Shown piece by piece: positions 58,308 through 64,000 of a stretch of 64,000 nucleotides of DNA. The first letter of the stretch is position 1. Every line of letters starts with the position of its first letter. Source of the DNA: an uncultured Bacteroidales bacterium (GTDB lineage Bacteria; Bacteroidota; Bacteroidia; Bacteroidales; UBA932). Location of the stretch: assembly GCA_905234475.1 (NCBI GenBank), contig CAJOHX010000026.1, forward strand, positions 1,338 to 65,337, written 5' to 3'. The notes below the pieces were generated by a model. That model was not told where the DNA came from and ran no database searches. It saw only the letters and a program-made list of their open reading frames with translations. The translations under genes and the position numbers were made by a program.

Positions 58308-59708
58308 ATGGCAGCGTCGGGTGCAGCTCCCATTGAGCTTGGGACCAAGAAGATCGGTCCCCTCCTGCGGCAGTACGCCGTCCCGGGCATCATCGCCCAG
58401 ACGGCGGCCTCGCTGTACAACATGGTCGACAGCATCTACATCGGCCATATCCCGGGCGTTGGTTCTTCCGCCATCAGCGGCCTCGCCGTGACCTTCCCCC
58501 TGATGAACCTGTCCATCGCGATGGGCACGCTCGTGGGTGTGGGCGCGATGACGCTCATCTCCGTTCTGCTGGGACAGAAGAACTACGGAGCGGCCCAGAA
58601 GGTGCTTGCCAACGTGCTGACGCTTAATGTGATCATCGGTATCGTCTTCTCGGGTGTGACCCTGGCTTTCCTGGATCCCATCCTTCGCTTCTTCGGCGCC
58701 AGCGACGTGACGCTCCCGTTTGCCCGCGACTACATGTTCATCATCCTGGCGGGCAATGTCTTCACACACCTGTACCACGGCTTCAACGGCCTGATCCGCG
58801 CGTCCGGCCATCCCCGGACGGCGATGGGCCTGACGCTGTTCACCGTGATCTCCAATGCCATTCTGGACCCGATTTTCATTTTCGCGCTCGGCCTTGGCAT
58901 CCGCGGCGCCGCGCTCGCGACCATCCTCTGCCAGCTGGTTGCGCTCGGCTACACCTGGCGTTTCTTCTCGGACAAGAAGCGCCTGCTGCATTTCACCCGT
59001 CCGCTCTTCCAGCTGGACTGGCGCGTGGCGAAGCAGTCGCTGGCCATCGGCGTGGGCCCGTTCCTGATGAACGTGGCGGCCTGCCTGGTGGCGCTGTTCA
59101 TCAACCAGCAGCTGGGCAAGTACGGCGGCGACCTGGCCATCGGTGCCTACGGCATCGTGAACCGGCTGTCGATGCTCTTCGTGATGGTCTGCATGGGCTT
59201 CAACCAGGGCCTGCAGCCCATTGCGGGCTATAATTACGGCGCGCGGCAGTACAAGCGCGTCAAGGAAGTCTTCATCCTGGCGGCCAAGTGGGAAGTGCTG
59301 GTCACGACGCTCTGCTTCCTGATGGCGGAGCTGATCCCGCGCACGGCCGTGAGCCTGTTTACCAACGACCCGCAGCTGGTGGACCTGGCGGCGCGCGGCC
59401 TCCGGATCATGAACTCGGGCTTCGCGCTGGTGGGCTTCGGCATGGCGGCCGGCAACTTCTTCCAGTGCCTGGGCATGGTGCGCAAGTCCATCTTCCTGTC
59501 CCTGACCCGGCAGCTCCTCTTCCTGCTGCCGCTGATCTACACCCTGCCGCTGTGGCTGCAGGAGACGGGCGTCTGGATCAGTTTCCCGATCTCCGACACG
59601 CTCAACATCATCATCTCCGCCATCCTGATCATCCGGCTCTTCCGCAAGTTCGACCGGCTCAAGGACGGGGAGAATCCCGACATCCTCGGCAGTACCATCC
59701 AATCATAG
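58308..59708 (+). CDS. MATE family efflux transporter (MepA-like)
   Basis: LYNMVDSIYIG, NAILDPIFI and QPIAGYNYGA motifs; about 12 TMs. Confidence 0.92.
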   Translation: MAASGAAPIELGTKKIGPLLRQYAVPGIIAQTAASLYNMVDSIYIGHIPGVGSSAISGLAVTFPLMNLSIAMGTLVGVGAMTLISVLLGQKNYGAAQKVLANVLTLNVIIGIVFSGVTLAFLDPILRFFGASDVTLPFARDYMFIILAGNVFTHLYHGFNGLIRASGHPRTAMGLTLFTVISNAILDPIFIFALGLGIRGAALATILCQLVALGYTWRFFSDKKRLLHFTRPLFQLDWRVAKQSLAIGVGPFLMNVAACLVALFINQQLGKYGGDLAIGAYGIVNRLSMLFVMVCMGFNQGLQPIAGYNYGARQYKRVKEVFILAAKWEVLVTTLCFLMAELIPRTAVSLFTNDPQLVDLAARGLRIMNSGFALVGFGMAAGNFFQCLGMVRKSIFLSLTRQLLFLLPLIYTLPLWLQETGVWISFPISDTLNIIISAILIIRLFRKFDRLKDGENPDILGSTIQS

Positions 59709-59714
59709 CGCTTT

Positions 59715-60326
59715 ATGGAGAAGAAGGTCCTCATCAACATCGGACGCCAGTACGGGGCCGGCGGCAAGGGTGTCGCCGAGATCCTGGGCGAACGCCTGGG
59801 CATCCCCGTCTACGACAATGAGCTGCTGCAGAAAGCGGCGGCGGAGAGCGGGGTCAGCCCCGCCATCTTCCGGAAGAACGACGAGCGCCGCCGCGTGTGG
59901 CGCTTCGGCAGCCTGTTCGGCCTCAACCGCGCCAGCTCGTATGCGCCCTCGGGCATCGACGAGACGGAGCTTTTCAAGTACCAGAGCCAGGCCATCCGCG
60001 ACATCGCCCAGCAGGGGAGCGCCATCTTCCTGGGGCGGGCGTCAGACTACGTGCTGCGGGACATGGAGTGCCTGGACGTGTTTATCTGCGCCCCGCTCGA
60101 GGCCCGCGTCGGCCGCGTCGTGGAGCGCACGGGCATGAGCCCGGAAGAAGCGGAAAAATATATCCTGAAAAAGGAAAAGGCGCGCCGCGACTACTACAAT
60201 TTCTTCACCTTCGGCGACTGGGGCGTCGCCTCCAACTACGACCTTTGCCTCGACTCGTCCCTGCTCGGTCTGGACGGCTGCGCAGACCTCGTCATCGAAT
60301 TCGGCCGCCGCTGCGGGCTGATTTGA
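59715..60326 (+). CDS. Cytidylate kinase-like family protein
   Basis: INIGRQYGAGG, GRASDYVL and NYDLCLDSS motifs. Confidence 0.88.
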   Translation: MEKKVLINIGRQYGAGGKGVAEILGERLGIPVYDNELLQKAAAESGVSPAIFRKNDERRRVWRFGSLFGLNRASSYAPSGIDETELFKYQSQAIRDIAQQGSAIFLGRASDYVLRDMECLDVFICAPLEARVGRVVERTGMSPEEAEKYILKKEKARRDYYNFFTFGDWGVASNYDLCLDSSLLGLDGCADLVIEFGRRCGLI

Positions 60327-60353
60327 CCCGCCCGGTGCCGTTTCTTCACTTTT

Positions 60354-61412
60354 TTACAAATAGGTTTCCAGATACCATTTTTTGAAGCCCTCCGCCGTAG
60401 GATAGGGCTGCTGCCAGTAGGTATAGCGGCCGTACAGGAGCGCCTTGAGGCTGACGGGGACGCCGTCGTCGGCGTTGAAGTCCTCCAGGCCTGCCTGGAC
60501 ATACCGCTCGACCAGCCCGGAAAGGTAGTCCGGGTCGGATGACTGGAATTCAATCCATTTCTTCTCGTAGGAAGCCATCAGGTCCTGTTCTTCCTCGGGC
60601 TGCTCCGGATTGTAGTGACGGCAGTGCTCCAGGGCCTTGCACTCGTCCCAGATGGCATCCATCTCCGCGAGGGTCATGTCGGTGAGCTTGCGGCCCTTCT
60701 TGAGGGTCTGCTCCTCCAGGTAATTGAAGCGGCGGCGGAACTTCGAGCAGCTGCCGCTCAGGGCCGCTTCCGGGTCCACCCCGTAGAGCCGCGCGGCGTT
60801 GATGACCGCGAAGAGCAGGTCGCCGAATTCTTCCTCCATGTGGCGCGGGTCCGCCTCGCCGCAGGCCTCGCGCGTCTCGCCCAATTCCTCGCTTACCTTG
60901 TCCCAGACGTCCTCCCGCTGCTCCCAGTCGAAGCCGCAGCCGCGGGCCTTTTCCTGCATCGAGAGGGCCTTGAGGATGGCCGGCATCGCGTCCGGGATGC
61001 CGGAGAGGACGGTCTTGTTGCCGTCTTTCTCCTTGGCCTTCACCAGCTCCCAGGTGTCGGCAATCTCCTTGGCGGAGGTGGGGGTGCCGGCCAGCGGCCC
61101 GAACACGTGCGGGTGCCGGAAGACCATCTTGTCCACGACCTTGTCCAGGCTGTCGGCGATGTCGAAGGAGCCCTCCTCCTGCGCGATGCGCGCATAGAAG
61201 ACGAGGTGGTACAGCAGGTCGCCGATCTCCTTGGCCGTGCCGGGGCGGTCGCCTTTCAGGATGGCGTCGCTGAGCTCGTAGACCTCCTCCTCCGTCATGG
61301 GACGGATGGTCTCCATGGTCTGGGCGGCGTTCCAGGGGCACTTCTCGCGCAGCTCGTCCATCGTGTCGAGCAGCCGGCCGAAGGCGGCCAATTTCTCTTC
61401 TTTGGTATGCAT
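60354..61412 (-). CDS. mazG: Nucleoside triphosphate pyrophosphohydrolase MazG with an extra C-terminal domain
   Basis: Start MHTKEEK (61412); LREKCPW, EEVYEL, EIGDLL, RHPHVF and EEFGDLLF motifs; ~90 aa beyond the usual MDAIWDECK-type end. Confidence 0.92.
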   Translation of the reverse strand: MHTKEEKLAAFGRLLDTMDELREKCPWNAAQTMETIRPMTEEEVYELSDAILKGDRPGTAKEIGDLLYHLVFYARIAQEEGSFDIADSLDKVVDKMVFRHPHVFGPLAGTPTSAKEIADTWELVKAKEKDGNKTVLSGIPDAMPAILKALSMQEKARGCGFDWEQREDVWDKVSEELGETREACGEADPRHMEEEFGDLLFAVINAARLYGVDPEAALSGSCSKFRRRFNYLEEQTLKKGRKLTDMTLAEMDAIWDECKALEHCRHYNPEQPEEEQDLMASYEKKWIEFQSSDPDYLSGLVERYVQAGLEDFNADDGVPVSLKALLYGRYTYWQQPYPTAEGFKKWYLETYL

Positions 61413-61460
61413 GGAAATAATTGCTAAATTTGCCCTGCAAAAATAACAATAATTGTCGAC

Positions 61461-62762
61461 ATGAAGCCGATCCAGTTCGTTTCCGCCGATGAGGCGGTCA
61501 GCCACATCCCCTCCCATTGCCACGTCCACCTCAGCAGCGTGGCCAGCGTGCCCCACTGCCTGATCCGGGCCCTGTGCCGCCGGGCGGACGCCGGAGACGT
61601 GTGCGACCTGCATTTCCACCATTTCCATACGGAAGGGCCCGCCCCCTACAGCGAGCCGCGCTACGAAGGCATTTTCTTCGAGCAGGGCTTCTTCGTGGGG
61701 CCGAATGTCCGCGCGAACGTCAACGCCGGCTATGCCGACTATCTCCCCGTGCACCTGGGCGAGAGCCAGAAGCTCTACCGCGAGGGATTCATCCCCCTGG
61801 GCGCCGCGCTGGTCAACGTGTCCCTGCCCGACGAGCAGGGCCGCGTGAGCCTCGGCACCTCGGTGGACTGCTCCGTGGCGGCGATCGAGAGCGCGAAGGT
61901 GGTGATCGGCGTGGTGAATCCCAACGTCCCCTTCGCCTATGGCGACCTCGTGTCGCTGGACCAGTTCGACTACCTCGTGCAGGACGACGAGCCGCTCGTG
62001 ACGGCCGCCTTTGCCGAGCCCACCCCGACGGAGGTGCTCATCGGCAAGAACTGCGCGGCCCTCGTGGAGGACGGCGACTGCATCCAGATGGGCATCGGCG
62101 CCCTGCCGAACGCCCTTGCGGCGCAGCTGGGCGGCCACAAGCACCTGGGCCTGCACACGGAGATGTTCGCCGACGGGCTGCTCCGCCTGATCAAGGCGGG
62201 CGTGATCGACGGCACCAACAAGCGGATCGACACCGGCAAGGTCGTCGCCTCCTTCCTGCTCGGTTCGCAGGAGGTCTATTCCTTCATCGACCACAACCCC
62301 GACGTGCTGATGCGCGACATCAAATATGTCAACGACCCGTATGTGATCCGCCAGAATCCCGGGATGAAGGCCATCAACTCCGCCACGGAAGTGGACTTCA
62401 CGGGGCAGATCAGCGCCGATTCCATCGGCACGCGCATCTTCAGCGGCACCGGCGGCCAGGTCGAGTTCGTGCGGGGCGCCACGATGTCGGAGGGCGGCAA
62501 GAGCATCACCGCCTTCGCTTCCCGCACGCTGAAGGGGAAGAACAAGATCGTCGCGGAGCTGAACCCCGGCGCCGGAGTGGTCACGCCGCGCGCAGACGCG
62601 CACTGGATCGTGACCGAATACGGCGCCGTGGACCTCTACGGCAAGAGCCTGCAGGAGCGCGCCAAGCTGATGATCAGCATTGCGCACCCGGACGACCGGG
62701 AAATGCTGGACCGCCAGGCCTTCGAGCGCTTCGGCCCGCACTACCACAATTTCAGCATATAA
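61461..62762 (+). CDS. Acetyl-CoA hydrolase/transferase (4-hydroxybutyrate/butyryl-CoA transferase family)
   Basis: IQMGIGALPN, GLHTEM, SGTGGQ, VTEYG and IAHPDDRE motifs. Confidence 0.9.
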   Translation: MKPIQFVSADEAVSHIPSHCHVHLSSVASVPHCLIRALCRRADAGDVCDLHFHHFHTEGPAPYSEPRYEGIFFEQGFFVGPNVRANVNAGYADYLPVHLGESQKLYREGFIPLGAALVNVSLPDEQGRVSLGTSVDCSVAAIESAKVVIGVVNPNVPFAYGDLVSLDQFDYLVQDDEPLVTAAFAEPTPTEVLIGKNCAALVEDGDCIQMGIGALPNALAAQLGGHKHLGLHTEMFADGLLRLIKAGVIDGTNKRIDTGKVVASFLLGSQEVYSFIDHNPDVLMRDIKYVNDPYVIRQNPGMKAINSATEVDFTGQISADSIGTRIFSGTGGQVEFVRGATMSEGGKSITAFASRTLKGKNKIVAELNPGAGVVTPRADAHWIVTEYGAVDLYGKSLQERAKLMISIAHPDDREMLDRQAFERFGPHYHNFSI

Positions 62763-62775
62763 TAATTACTTGATA

Positions 62776-63408
62776 ATGAAGAAATTAATTTGGCTGTCCG
62801 TAGCGACGGCCGCGCTGCTCTGCGGCTGTACCTTTACCCGGAACCATGGCGGCACGAAGGATCCCGCCGCGGACCCGGACGACGAGACCGTCCTTTACGG
62901 AGATGACGGTTTCTATGACGACTACACCTGGGCCGCCGTGGACCTTAAGGACCGGATCTCCCTGATGTACGACACGACGGACTATACCTGTGAAATCCTC
63001 GACAAGTCGGAGGATGAGCTGGCCTTCCGCCTGAAGACGAACTGGGCGGAAGCCGGGGACGCGTCCGCGCTGATCCGCTTCGTGCTGGCGGACCGCAACC
63101 TCGAGGCCGACAGCGACGCCTGGGAGGAGACGCTCCAGGACGCGCTCGACCCCCTGATGGACGCGCTGGAGAGCGACAGGAATTTCGAGCTGGACGGCCG
63201 TTTCTCGCCCTGGTACAATCTGGACAGCGACTTCGGGACGTTTATCCGCTACATGGGCAACCGCGTGGCGGAAGGGCGTTACGTCGAGGGCGCCTTCGCC
63301 GCCAAGGGCTATGCGAAGGGCCGCGCCCTCATGCAGGCCGAGGCGGATGACGAAGAGACGGTGACGACCCTGCTGGACCTGTTCGACACGGTGAGCTTTG
63401 ATTTTTGA
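62776..63408 (+). CDS. Hypothetical acidic lipoprotein
   Basis: MKKLIWLSVATAALLCGC lipobox. Confidence 0.72.
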   Translation: MKKLIWLSVATAALLCGCTFTRNHGGTKDPAADPDDETVLYGDDGFYDDYTWAAVDLKDRISLMYDTTDYTCEILDKSEDELAFRLKTNWAEAGDASALIRFVLADRNLEADSDAWEETLQDALDPLMDALESDRNFELDGRFSPWYNLDSDFGTFIRYMGNRVAEGRYVEGAFAAKGYAKGRALMQAEADDEETVTTLLDLFDTVSFDF

Positions 63409-63456
63409 TTTGCCGCGGAAATTCCTATCTTTGCAATCTGTACTAATAATGCCGAG

Positions 63457-64000
63457 ATGCCTGACTACAAGATAAAAGAAGTCCAGACCCACAAGGAGCT
63501 GATGCAGTTCATCCAGTTCCCGGATGAGCTGTACAAGGATTGTCCCCAGTATGTTCCCGCCCTGCACAGCGACCAGGTCCGGTCGCTGACCAAGGCGGCG
63601 CCGCTGGATTACTGCTCCCACAAGCTGTGGATGGTGCTGGACGGCGAGCGGGTGGTCGGCCGCATCAGCGGCATGGTCAACCCCCGCTACAACGAACGCT
63701 ACGGCCGCAAGCGCGCCCGTTTCGGCTGGTTCGACTGCATCAAGGACATCGAAGTGGCCCGCCTGCTGATCGACACGGCCGAGGCCTGGGCCCGAGAGCA
63801 GGGGATGGACGAGATCCACGGCCCGCTCTACTATAATACCTTCGGCAAACAAGGCATGCTGGTGGAGGGCTACGAGAACATCCCGCCCTTCAACTGCCTG
63901 TACAACTTCCCGTACTACAACGATTTCATGACGGAGTTGGGCTTCGAAAAGGAGTGCGACTGGCTCCAGTACAAGATGGTCGCGAACCACGGCGTGCCCG
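63457..64000 (+). CDS. GNAT-like (YghO-type) protein, 5' part
   Basis: Not in the ORF track: MPDYKIKEV...FIQFPDELY..YVPAL...VVGRI...RFGWFD...IHGP...GMLVEG...YNFPYY; TATCTTTG box upstream. Confidence 0.8.
   Translation, partial: MPDYKIKEVQTHKELMQFIQFPDELYKDCPQYVPALHSDQVRSLTKAAPLDYCSHKLWMVLDGERVVGRISGMVNPRYNERYGRKRARFGWFDCIKDIEVARLLIDTAEAWAREQGMDEIHGPLYYNTFGKQGMLVEGYENIPPFNCLYNFPYYNDFMTELGFEKECDWLQYKMVANHGVP

Overview
GC-rich chromosomal segment of a Bacteroidota bacterium, most likely Bacteroidales, judged from TAnnTTTG -7 promoter boxes, AT-rich SD-less leaders and typical gene families. It holds about 58 densely packed genes, mostly housekeeping or envelope functions: udk, asnS, an ExbB/ExbD cluster, ansA, tatD, dprA, queA, rsmF, M13 and C1B peptidases, AmgK/MurU-porin-MltF, mscS, rpmH, rsmG, alr, AddAB-type helicase/nuclease, ftsK, apbE, comEC, ackA-pta, two tandem ECF-sigma cassettes, rsmD, DHH, FKBP, MATE, mazG and a CoA-transferase. 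I saw no rRNA, tRNA, CRISPR array, transposase or phage gene. The main observations are: (1) palindromic REP/RPE-like elements sitting in frame inside five proteins, including a 150-bp multi-hairpin element in rsmF and a shared GTCAT/CCTGAGCCTG family in the porin, FtsK, an anti-sigma and a sigma gene; (2) an exported protein made of three 175-aa MABP-like beta-prism domains, translationally coupled to a lytic transglycosylase inside the ftsK-addAB operon; (3) MazG with an extra ~90-aa C-terminal domain; (4) a Kelch-propeller/TM/AraC one-component sensor next to a BACON-LRR lipoprotein; (5) seven small apparent deletions in conserved genes, probably assembly artefacts. All family calls come from motif recognition by eye; no database search was run.
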